From NCBI GenBank assembly GCA_015767355.1, contig JADWMH010000001.1, forward strand, positions 1 through 29,957: a stretch of 29,957 bases of DNA. The letters run 5' to 3'. The notes beneath the pieces are model-generated. The model was not told the origin of the DNA. It did no database searches and was given only the letters and a program-made list of their open reading frames with translations. The position numbers and the translations under genes were made by a program. Shown here one piece after another: positions 22,369 to 29,957 of the stretch (position 1 is the first letter of the stretch; each line of letters opens with the position of its first letter). The stretch is from Gammaproteobacteria bacterium. GTDB lineage: Bacteria; Pseudomonadota; Gammaproteobacteria; Chromatiales; Chromatiaceae.

Positions 22369-23627
22369 AAAAAATCCAGTCTATTCGCGGCATGCACGAT
22401 ATTTTGCCGGGTGAATCCCGTCTGTGGCAGTTTGTCGAAGAGACAGCAAAATCAGTTTTTGACAGCTTTGGATATCAGCAGATCCGCACCCCGGTGATGG
22501 AGCAGAGTGCTCTGTTTCATCGTGCGATCGGTGAGGTCACCGATATTGTTGAAAAGGAGATGTACAGTTTCGATGATCGCAATGGAGACAGTCTGACACT
22601 GCGTCCGGAGGGAACCGCAGGTGTTGTTCGTGCTTGCATAGAACATGGACTACTGCACAATCAAAGGCAGCGTTTGTGGTATCAGGGAGCGATGTTTCGT
22701 CACGAACGTCCGCAGAAGGGGCGTTACCGGCAGTTTCACCAGATGGGTGTCGAAGCTTTTGGCATGCATGGCCCGGATATCGATCTGGAGATTCTGCTGA
22801 TGACCGCAAGTCTATGGCGGCAGCTGGGTATCGACGGGGCTGAATTGCAGTTGAATACCCTGGGAACACCACAGGAGCGGGCAACCTATCGTCAACATCT
22901 GGTTGACTATTTGTCACTGCACCGTGAGAGTCTGGATGAGGACAGCAAGCGCCGCCTCACCAGCAACCCTTTGCGCGTGCTGGATTCAAAAAATCCCGAG
23001 GTGCAGCAGGTCGTCAGTGATGCTCCGCTGCTGATGGAGTATCTTGGTGAGGAGTCGCGCCGCCACTTTGAGCAAATCTGCGAGGGATTGCAGGAGGCTG
23101 GAATAGACTATACTGTCAATCCGCGACTGGTGCGGGGGCTTGACTATTACGTGCTTACTGTATTCGAGTGGGTCAGCGATCGCCTTGGTGCGCAGGGGAC
23201 AATTTGCGCAGGTGGACGCTATGACGGTCTGGTTGAGCAGCTTGGAGGCAAGCCGACGCCTGCGATTGGTTTTGGGATGGGGCTGGAGCGGATTGTCTCT
23301 CTGCTGGAGGAGAACCCGGCGGACAATATGGAGAAGCGGGCTGACTTCTACTTTGTTGCGTCAGGCGATACGGAGATAAAAGCGCAGCTGATTGCAAACA
23401 GGCTCCGCCGGGACATAGGGAATGTGCGCATCCTGGCAAATTGCGGTGGCGGGAGCTTCAAATCACAGTTTAAAAAAGCCGATCGCAGCGGCGCAGGTTT
23501 TGCTCTGATTCTGGGAGAAGAGGAGTTGCAGCGGGGCGTGGTCGGTGTGAAATCATTGCGTGAAGATAGAGCGCAGAAAGAAGTTTTACTTGATGATTTA
23601 TCGAATTATCTGGAAGGTTTAATCTAA
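22365..23627 (+). CDS. hisS: Histidyl-tRNA synthetase
   Basis: [45 protein letters not shown]; GTG start overlapping the rodZ TGA. Confidence 0.98.
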   Translation: MKKIQSIRGMHDILPGESRLWQFVEETAKSVFDSFGYQQIRTPVMEQSALFHRAIGEVTDIVEKEMYSFDDRNGDSLTLRPEGTAGVVRACIEHGLLHNQRQRLWYQGAMFRHERPQKGRYRQFHQMGVEAFGMHGPDIDLEILLMTASLWRQLGIDGAELQLNTLGTPQERATYRQHLVDYLSLHRESLDEDSKRRLTSNPLRVLDSKNPEVQQVVSDAPLLMEYLGEESRRHFEQICEGLQEAGIDYTVNPRLVRGLDYYVLTVFEWVSDRLGAQGTICAGGRYDGLVEQLGGKPTPAIGFGMGLERIVSLLEENPADNMEKRADFYFVASGDTEIKAQLIANRLRRDIGNVRILANCGGGSFKSQFKKADRSGAGFALILGEEELQRGVVGVKSLREDRAQKEVLLDDLSNYLEGLI

Positions 23628-24256
23628 TGAATGAGATGCTGAGTGATGACGAACAGGTCGAACGTATCAAAGCCTGGTGGAAAGCGAATGGTAATTCGAT
23701 TATTGCCGGTGTGGTGATTGGCCTGGGTGGTTTTTTTGCCTGGCAATGGTGGGGGGGATATCAGGACAAGCTGGCCGGGGAGGGCGCCGAGGCATATGAA
23801 CTCTTTGCGCAGTCCGCCTTCGGCAATGACGTTAAAAAAACCGATGATGCCCTCGCGCAGCTGCAGTCAAATTTTGGCGATACCAGTTATTCTCAATTTG
23901 CTGCGATGGAACTGGCCAGGCAGCAGGTGAGTGCAGGCTCGCTGGAAGCTGCAGAAAAAACACTGGATAATCTGCTCAAGCAGTCAACTGACAGCGCACT
24001 TAAGCCTTTGCTGGAGACACGTCTTGCGCGTCTGCTGGTGGCTCAAAAACGTCTGGATGAAGCCGGTAAAATGCTGGATTCAATCAACAGTGATGCCTAT
24101 GCAGCTGAAACCGCAGCGATTCGTGGTGAAATTGCCTATCTGCAGGGAGACATGGCCGCTGCTCGTGCAGCGCTGGAAGAGGCGCAGCAGAAGGGCAGCA
24201 ATGACGAAAATATCAACTATCTCCTCGAAGAGATCGGACCTCAGGAGTCATCATGA
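23627..24256 (+). CDS. yfgM: YfgM ancillary SecYEG translocon subunit (TPR_21)
   Basis: DDEQVERIKAWWKANG, single TM, TPR-like helices; canonical position between hisS and bamB. Confidence 0.92.
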   Translation: MNEMLSDDEQVERIKAWWKANGNSIIAGVVIGLGGFFAWQWWGGYQDKLAGEGAEAYELFAQSAFGNDVKKTDDALAQLQSNFGDTSYSQFAAMELARQQVSAGSLEAAEKTLDNLLKQSTDSALKPLLETRLARLLVAQKRLDEAGKMLDSINSDAYAAETAAIRGEIAYLQGDMAAARAALEEAQQKGSNDENINYLLEEIGPQESS

Positions 24257-25401
24257 AAACATTGGTACGTTTGATCCTGCTTGCAACTGCTCTGTTCACA
24301 AGTGGCTGCAGTTTTTTCGGTATAGAGAAATCAGCTGTTGATGTGGCGGAGCTGGTTCCTCTTGCAGGTATGCAGACAGCCCGTGTGGTGTGGAACAGCA
24401 AGCTTGGAAAGGGCGCTGATGGTAAAGGGGTTAAACTGGTCGCATCTCTGGATGGCTCAACCCTCTATGTGGCGCATTTCGATGGCAAAGTGGAAGCCGT
24501 AAGTACATCAAGCGGCGCATCGCTATGGAAAACCGATCTGGGTATTCAGATTAGCGGGGGGCCTGGCGTTGGCAATGGCCTGGTAATCTCGGGGACAACA
24601 GAAGGTGAAGTAATTGCGTTGAGCCAGTCAACAGGCAGTGAGAGCTGGCGCGCTACTGTTTCAACAGATATTCCGGCGGTGCCGGTATCGGCTCGCGGCA
24701 TTGTTGTGATTCATACAAATGACGGCAAGCTCTATGGTCTTGATGCCGCAACGGGTGGGCAGCTGTGGTTGTTCCACCGCGCAACTCCAGTGTTGAGTCT
24801 GCGCGGCGCAGGTACTCCGGTTATCGAAGGAAACAGCCTCTATAGTGGCCTCGATGGAGGCAAACTGGTGAAGCTGGATCTGATGAGCGGACGCCCCTCC
24901 TGGGAAACTCCGATCACTTACGCCAGTGGGCGCACCGAGCTTGATCGTGTGGTGGATATTGACGGATTGCTGGTGTTGGGCCCATCTCTGCTTTATGTTG
25001 TGACCTATCAGGGAGATATGGCGGCGGTCAACAAATCGGACGGCAAGGTTAAGTGGCGCACTGCCTACTCATCCTGGCAGGGCGTCATCAGCGACGGCCG
25101 TGCACTCTATGCTTCAGATGCCAATGGTTATGTTGCAGCCGTCAATCCGCACAATGGAGAGATCCTGTGGCGGCAAAAAGCGCTCTCCGGACGCCGCCTC
25201 TCTCCTCCAGTGATGGCCGGCAATCTGATTGCAGTGGCAGACCTGGAAGGCTATGTTCACTGGCTCTCGCCGGAGGATGGCTCAATCGTTGCACGTATCG
25301 AGGCGGTCTCTTCCGGCGTACGTGCGCCACTCGTCGCCCAGGGCAGTGTGGTCTATGTCTATGCCGACAAAGGTGAACTCGCTGCAGTGACTGCGCAATA
25401 G
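24253..25401 (+). CDS. bamB: Outer-membrane assembly lipoprotein BamB
   Basis: Lipobox TSGC, repeated PQQ-like beta-propeller motifs (G..W), ELDRVVDIDG; position before der. Confidence 0.93.
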   Translation: MKTLVRLILLATALFTSGCSFFGIEKSAVDVAELVPLAGMQTARVVWNSKLGKGADGKGVKLVASLDGSTLYVAHFDGKVEAVSTSSGASLWKTDLGIQISGGPGVGNGLVISGTTEGEVIALSQSTGSESWRATVSTDIPAVPVSARGIVVIHTNDGKLYGLDAATGGQLWLFHRATPVLSLRGAGTPVIEGNSLYSGLDGGKLVKLDLMSGRPSWETPITYASGRTELDRVVDIDGLLVLGPSLLYVVTYQGDMAAVNKSDGKVKWRTAYSSWQGVISDGRALYASDANGYVAAVNPHNGEILWRQKALSGRRLSPPVMAGNLIAVADLEGYVHWLSPEDGSIVARIEAVSSGVRAPLVAQGSVVYVYADKGELAAVTAQ

Positions 25402-25410
25402 GGGGGCCGG

Positions 25411-26799
25411 GTGCTTCCTGTCATCGCACTGGTTGGCCGTCCTAACGTCGGCAAATCAACACTCTTTAATCGTCTTACCCGAACGCGTGACGCCCTGGTT
25501 GCAGATCAACCCGGACTGACCCGCGATCGCCAGTATGGTGTTGGCCGCATCGGTGAATTTCCCTATGTTGTGGTTGATACGGGCGGTCTCAGTGGCGAGG
25601 CTGAAGGTATCGATCCACTGATGGAGCAGCAGGTGTGGCAGGCGATCGATGAGGCGGATCATATCCTCTTTCTGGTCGATGCCCGGGATGGCCGGAATTC
25701 CGGCGACGAGCAGATCGCAGAACGCCTGCGTCGCACCGGCAAGGCGATCACCCTGGTGGTGAACAAGTGCGACAGTCTGGATGTGGATATGGCAAAAGCC
25801 GAGTTCTACGGTCTCAGTGGATTTGAGCCGGTCGGGATTACAGCGACCCATGGGCGCGGCGTAAACTCGCTGATCGAGGGCGTGCTTGCGACGTTGCCTC
25901 CTACAGAGCCTGAGGATGAAGAGAAAAAAGGCATCAAGGTTGCAGTGATTGGCCGTCCCAACGTGGGAAAGTCGACGCTCATCAATCGCCTCATTGGTGA
26001 GGAGCGGCTGGTTGCCTTTGATATGCCGGGCACGACCAGAGACAGTATCCCTGTACCTTTCGAGCTTAATGGTCAGCGTTTCACCCTGATAGATACAGCC
26101 GGTGTCAGAAAACGAGGCCGCATCAGCGAGGCGATCGAGAAATTCAGCGTCGTCAAGACGCTGCAGGCAATCGAGGAGTCCAATGTGGTGCTGATGCTGC
26201 TCGATGCCCGACAGGGAGTTACCGAGCAGGATACACATCTTGCCGGACACGTTCTCGACAGCGGGCGGGCGCTGGTGATGGTGGTCAATAAATGGGACGG
26301 GCTTACGTCGCCGCAGCGTGAAAAAGTGAAGGAGGAGTTGAAACGGCGCCTCTACTTTCTGGATTTTGCCAGCTGGCATTTTGTTTCGGCGCTGCATGGC
26401 AGCGGAGTCGGCCTGCTGCTGAAAAATGTACAGCACGCCTACGCAAATGCTGTACGGGATTTTAAGACCAATCGTCTGACCGAGATCCTGGAGAGCATTG
26501 TCACAGAACATCAACCGCCAATGGCGCGGGGCAGACGCATCAAGCTGCGTTATGCGCACCAGGGGGGTAAAAACCCGCCGCGCATTATCGTCCATGGCAA
26601 GCAGACCGACGCGGTCCCTGCCTCTTACAAACGCTATATGCAAAAACGATTCCACAAGGTTCTGCAACTTAGCGGCACCCCCCTCAGGGTTGAATTTCGC
26701 ACCGGCGGCAATCCCTTCAAAGAGAAGGAGAAACGCAGCAGCAAACTCACACCCGGCCAGAAATACAGGCTCAATAAAAAAGGCAATCGCGACAGTTAG
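25411..26799 (+). CDS. der: Ribosome biogenesis double GTPase Der/EngA
   Basis: Two [11 protein letters not shown]1 motifs, DTGG/DTAG, NKCD/NKWD, C-terminal KH-like domain ([10 protein letters not shown]); GTG start. Confidence 0.98.
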   Translation: MLPVIALVGRPNVGKSTLFNRLTRTRDALVADQPGLTRDRQYGVGRIGEFPYVVVDTGGLSGEAEGIDPLMEQQVWQAIDEADHILFLVDARDGRNSGDEQIAERLRRTGKAITLVVNKCDSLDVDMAKAEFYGLSGFEPVGITATHGRGVNSLIEGVLATLPPTEPEDEEKKGIKVAVIGRPNVGKSTLINRLIGEERLVAFDMPGTTRDSIPVPFELNGQRFTLIDTAGVRKRGRISEAIEKFSVVKTLQAIEESNVVLMLLDARQGVTEQDTHLAGHVLDSGRALVMVVNKWDGLTSPQREKVKEELKRRLYFLDFASWHFVSALHGSGVGLLLKNVQHAYANAVRDFKTNRLTEILESIVTEHQPPMARGRRIKLRYAHQGGKNPPRIIVHGKQTDAVPASYKRYMQKRFHKVLQLSGTPLRVEFRTGGNPFKEKEKRSSKLTPGQKYRLNKKGNRDS

Positions 26800-27623
26800 A
26801 TTTTCGCAAGCAGCCAGTCCATCTGCCTGTTGCCGAGGATGCGTTTCAGGAAGCCGAACAGGTAGGTCGGAAAAGTAACGTAGTAGCGGATTTTCGGGCG
26901 TTTGCTTTCGAGCGCATGCACTACTTTCTTCAACACTGCTTCCGGTGGCAGGGTAAAGGGGGCGGCGTCTCCCTCTTTGTTCAAACGGGTGATCATCTTT
27001 TCATAGGTTGCCTGGTGAACGCTCTGCTCGACATCGATATTCTCGATAAACTGTTGGTAGGCATTGGCGCGAAAACGACTGCGGATCGGGCCAGGCTCGA
27101 TCAGGCTGATATGGATGTGAGTTCCACGAAGTTCCAGTCGCTGGGTGTCGGCAAGACCTTCCAGCGCATATTTACTGGCGTTGTAGGCACCCCGGTAGGA
27201 CATGGCTGCAAAGCCCAGTACTGAACTGTTGTGAATGATGCGGCCTTCGTTGTGCAGCCGCATGACAGGGATGGCAAGCCGGGTCAACTCATGCCAGCCG
27301 AACAGGTTGGTCTCAAACTGGCTGCGCAGGGTTTCGCGCGTCAGATCCTCGACAGCTCCGGGTTGGCCATAGGCGCCATTGTTAAACAGAGCATAGAGCC
27401 TGCCGCCGGTAGCCTCCATTACTCTATTAAAGGCCTCATGAATGCTGTCACTGTCACGATAGTCGAGATAGAGAGTGGTAATGCCCAGGCTCTCCAGTTC
27501 ATCGATATCCGCTTGCTGACGAGCAGTTGCGAACACCCGGTATCCTCGCTGCTGCAGGCCCAGGGCAGTACAACGGCCAATGCCGCTGGAGCAGCCTGTG
27601 ACAAGGATGGATTTTTGTTGCAT
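26796..27623 (-). CDS. Short-chain dehydrogenase/reductase (YbbO-like)
   Basis: [26 protein letters not shown] (YxxxK), IEPGPI. Confidence 0.93.
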   Translation of the reverse strand: MQQKSILVTGCSSGIGRCTALGLQQRGYRVFATARQQADIDELESLGITTLYLDYRDSDSIHEAFNRVMEATGGRLYALFNNGAYGQPGAVEDLTRETLRSQFETNLFGWHELTRLAIPVMRLHNEGRIIHNSSVLGFAAMSYRGAYNASKYALEGLADTQRLELRGTHIHISLIEPGPIRSRFRANAYQQFIENIDVEQSVHQATYEKMITRLNKEGDAAPFTLPPEAVLKKVVHALESKRPKIRYYVTFPTYLFGFLKRILGNRQMDWLLAKI

Positions 27624-27792
27624 GGCTTTTCCCTGACTCCGGAAGAGGGCACATGGTAGCCTGAACCCCGCAAATCTGCCACAATCCTCGCATAATGCGC
27701 ATACAATTTGTGTGCTTTTGAATGAAGAAATGGATATGTCTCTCCTGAAAAATGTCTATAATGAACAAAGCTTTGTTGTTGGATGAAATAAC

Positions 27793-28791
27793 ATGAGTGA
27801 TACAGATTTACATAAAGAGCTGATCGATCCATTTGGACGAAGAGTGGAGTATGTGCGTCTCTCTGTCACTGACAAATGCAACATGCGCTGTTTCTATTGC
27901 ATCCCCAAAGGGTTCACCGATTTCGAGGAGCCGGAGAACTGGTTGACCTTCGATGAAGTGGAACGCCTCATGAGCATCTTCTCCGACCTGGGAGTCAGGC
28001 GGGTGCGACTCACCGGCGGGGAACCGCTGGTGCGCAAAAACCTGCCTGAACTTGCCGCCAGACTCTCAGCCATACCCGGTATCGAAGATCTCTCCCTGAG
28101 TACTAATGCCTCGTTGTTGAGTGAGCATGCGACTGCCCTGAAAGATGCGGGTATTTCACGCATCAACGTCAGTCTCGACTCACTGCAGCATGAGCGCTTC
28201 AAAGAGATCACCGGCGGTAAACTGCAGACGGTTCTCGATGGACTGCAGGCGGCGAAGCGCGCCGGCCTCAGCCCGGTGAAAATCAATGTCGTGGCAATGA
28301 AAGGACTCAATGATGATGAGTTTGAATCCATCGTGGAGTACTGCATGGAGAATGATTTCACGCTGCGATTTATTGAAACCATGCCGGTGGGGTCGACAGG
28401 AAAGGATGCAACCGACTACTACTATGATCTGCAACAGCTCAAGAAGCGTCTGCAAAAACGTTTCAGCCTGATTCCCGGCATGATGCCCGGTGGTGGTCCG
28501 GCGCGTTACTTCCAGGTTGAAGGCACTGAGCTGCGCATTGGATTTATTACCCCTATCTCGCAGCATTTTTGCGAAACCTGCAACCGTGTGCGGGTATCGG
28601 TCAACGGCACTCTCTATCTCTGCCTCGGGCAGAATGACAAGGTGGAACTGCGTCCGCTGCTCAGGGATGGCTCAACTGACGAACAGATCAGGAAGGCGAT
28701 CGTGGCGGCGCTGGCGCTCAAGCCCATGCGCCATGAATTCAAGGATGAACCGGGGCAGGTTGTCAGGATCATGTCGCAAACAGGTGGGTGA
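27793..28791 (+). CDS. moaA: GTP 3',8-cyclase (molybdenum cofactor biosynthesis)
   Basis: DPFGRRVEYVRLSVTDKCNMRCFYC, RLTGGEP, FCETCNR.R....G.LYLCL, C-terminal MSQTGG. Confidence 0.97.
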   Translation: MSDTDLHKELIDPFGRRVEYVRLSVTDKCNMRCFYCIPKGFTDFEEPENWLTFDEVERLMSIFSDLGVRRVRLTGGEPLVRKNLPELAARLSAIPGIEDLSLSTNASLLSEHATALKDAGISRINVSLDSLQHERFKEITGGKLQTVLDGLQAAKRAGLSPVKINVVAMKGLNDDEFESIVEYCMENDFTLRFIETMPVGSTGKDATDYYYDLQQLKKRLQKRFSLIPGMMPGGGPARYFQVEGTELRIGFITPISQHFCETCNRVRVSVNGTLYLCLGQNDKVELRPLLRDGSTDEQIRKAIVAALALKPMRHEFKDEPGQVVRIMSQTGG

Positions 28792-28848
28792 ACTGCAACT
28801 CTCATGATCTCCTTCTTCGGAAATCATTAATTATTTACAGGTAGTGAT

Positions 28849-29250
28849 ATGTCACAAGGTATCGCCTTGCGCTGGTTGACTGCATCTGCAGAGACGGCAA
28901 CGGCCAACGATTTCAACAAGCATATGGATCTCATCTCCAAAAAGGTCAGCGTCACCGGTGTGCCGGGATTTGAGCACATTGGGTATGACGAGTGGGCTGC
29001 GCAATGCCAGCATGAGTTTGCCGATCATGAGGTGCAATCTGTCCACTATGATGGTCTCAAGATGCTTGCGAGCACCCCTGAACGTGTCATGTTCAAAACC
29101 TGGGAGACCATTGAAGCATCGGACGGCGCAGTCAATGCGCATGGTGTCGAGGTGCTGCTGGAGATGGAAAAAGATGGCAAGTGGCGCCTGCTCCAACAGC
29201 GCGTATTGCCTGATGAAGAGTCTCAGCATGATGGATTGATTCCGCAATAA
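28849..29250 (+). CDS. Hypothetical protein, probable NTF2/SnoaL-like (DUF4440-type) fold
   Basis: 133 aa with RBS-like AGGT; helix then strand pattern ending in DGKWRL, typical of NTF2-like proteins. Fold is an inference. Confidence 0.6.
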   Translation: MSQGIALRWLTASAETATANDFNKHMDLISKKVSVTGVPGFEHIGYDEWAAQCQHEFADHEVQSVHYDGLKMLASTPERVMFKTWETIEASDGAVNAHGVEVLLEMEKDGKWRLLQQRVLPDEESQHDGLIPQ

Positions 29251-29411
29251 CCACACCCTGCAAAACCCAGAGTTATCGGGGCGTCCCGGTGTGACTTTTC
29301 AATAACTCCACTCCATGCATTGAATACATCTTGTTAAAACAGATGACGATATACGCACGGCTTTTTTGAGCATTTACATCCAGGTTCCGCATCTGATTGA
29401 TAATTATCCTC

Positions 29412-29471
29412 TTTACTTCAGTATAAGTAAACTCTAATATACATGCATAAAAGTAATTTATGTACGTATAT
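29412..29471 (+). promoter_or_regulatory. Two operator-like palindromes overlapping a candidate sigma70 promoter
   Basis: TTTACTT-N6-AAGTAAA (29412-29431, perfect) and ATATACATGCATAAA-N5-TTTATGTACGTATAT (29437-29471, 13/15). Candidate -35 TTTACT (29412-17), 17-bp spacer, -10 TAATAT (29435-40). Confidence 0.5.
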
Positions 29472-29475
29472 AGGT

Positions 29476-29957
29476 ATGTTGATTAAGAAACTTGGTTCAA
29501 AATATTCACCGCTCTATTTTCTCGCCGCATTGGGCGCAGGGGGCTGGCGGTCTCTTTTTTCATGTATCCGCAGTTTATGATTTCCCATGCGGACACGCCG
29601 ATGGTGACCTTTGATCACATCTATGCGCTGCTCACCGGCGGAGATATCGGCACAGTCATAGCGCTGTCGGCCGCGCTTGTTGCGGTGGCGCTGCTGTCAC
29701 TGCTGCATTTTCGACTATTGTTCTGGAATATTAGTGAATATCGCCGTTTTCGCAAGACGGAGGCGTTCACAGCTTTGAAACACTCCAATATGGAAGTGTC
29801 ACTGATGGTGACTTCGACTTTGTCTCCAACAATAATTTGAGCCAGATGCTTGCGATTTTTGCTCTCGTTATGATCGCAGTGGGCATGGCTGCGCCTGGTG
29901 CGAAAGAGATCAATGCGATCGGTATGTTCCTGTCGCTGCAGATCGTTGTAGGTTTGA
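29476..29957 (+). pseudogene. Disrupted gene for a TsoY-like multi-pass membrane protein (runs off the right edge)
   Basis: Three frames needed. 29476: MLIKKLGSKYSPLYFLAALGAGG; 1-nt frameshift near 29544 into (L)AVSFFMYPQFMISH...SNMEVSLM; second frame switch at ~29807 into GDFDFVSNNNLSQMLAIFALVMIAVGMAAPGA. Family resemblance recalled, not searched. Confidence 0.7.

Noticed and set aside
25456-26667. 403-aa minus-strand ORF
   Set aside because: Entirely antisense to der, no recognisable motifs; typical shadow ORF of a GC-rich conserved gene.
26796-26799. Overlap of der and SDR stop codons
   Set aside because: 4-bp convergent overlaps are common and need no special explanation.
27624-27792. 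Moco riboswitch upstream of moaA
   Set aside because: No recognisable Moco RNA motif; a TATAAT at 27757-27762 would leave only a ~25-nt leader.
29539-29560. Programmed ribosomal frameshift in the TsoY-like gene
   Set aside because: No canonical slippery heptamer at the inferred shift point, and further lesions downstream favour pseudogenisation or sequence error.
29838-29840. TGA as selenocysteine in the TsoY-like gene
   Set aside because: Family-like sequence has already moved to another frame at ~29807, so this TGA ends an out-of-frame tail; no SECIS-like hairpin evident.

Overview
Mostly core-genome DNA from a Calvin-cycle (form IA RuBisCO) gammaproteobacterium; the gene set looks Chromatiales/sulfur-oxidiser-like, which is an inference. 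Left third: 5' end of cbbL (not in the ORF track) divergent from cbbR, an ABC exporter, an outer-membrane beta-barrel, a PFOR (nifJ/por) coupled to a dihydroorotate-dehydrogenase-like flavoprotein, dxs and prk. Middle and right: a ~14 kb plus-strand run alaC-hom-RpfE-like-mrcB-TPR-rlmN-pilW-rodZ-hisS-yfgM-bamB-der, then an SDR, moaA, an NTF2-like protein and a disrupted TsoY-like membrane-protein gene at the window edge. No CRISPR array, RNA gene or transposase was seen, and I found no clear-cut new multi-gene system. The most unusual signals are: (i) two inverted copies of a TA-bounded ~160-200 bp miniature element that contain the stop codons of dxs and alaC, one carrying a nested insert; (ii) several other miniature repeat families; (iii) ispG, ndk, thrC and recJ are absent from their usual positions; (iv) the PFOR partner lacks the DHOD catalytic Cys, and an FNR-like box lies upstream of the operon; (v) the TsoY-like gene has a frameshift and apparent internal deletions but retains two operator-like palindromes.
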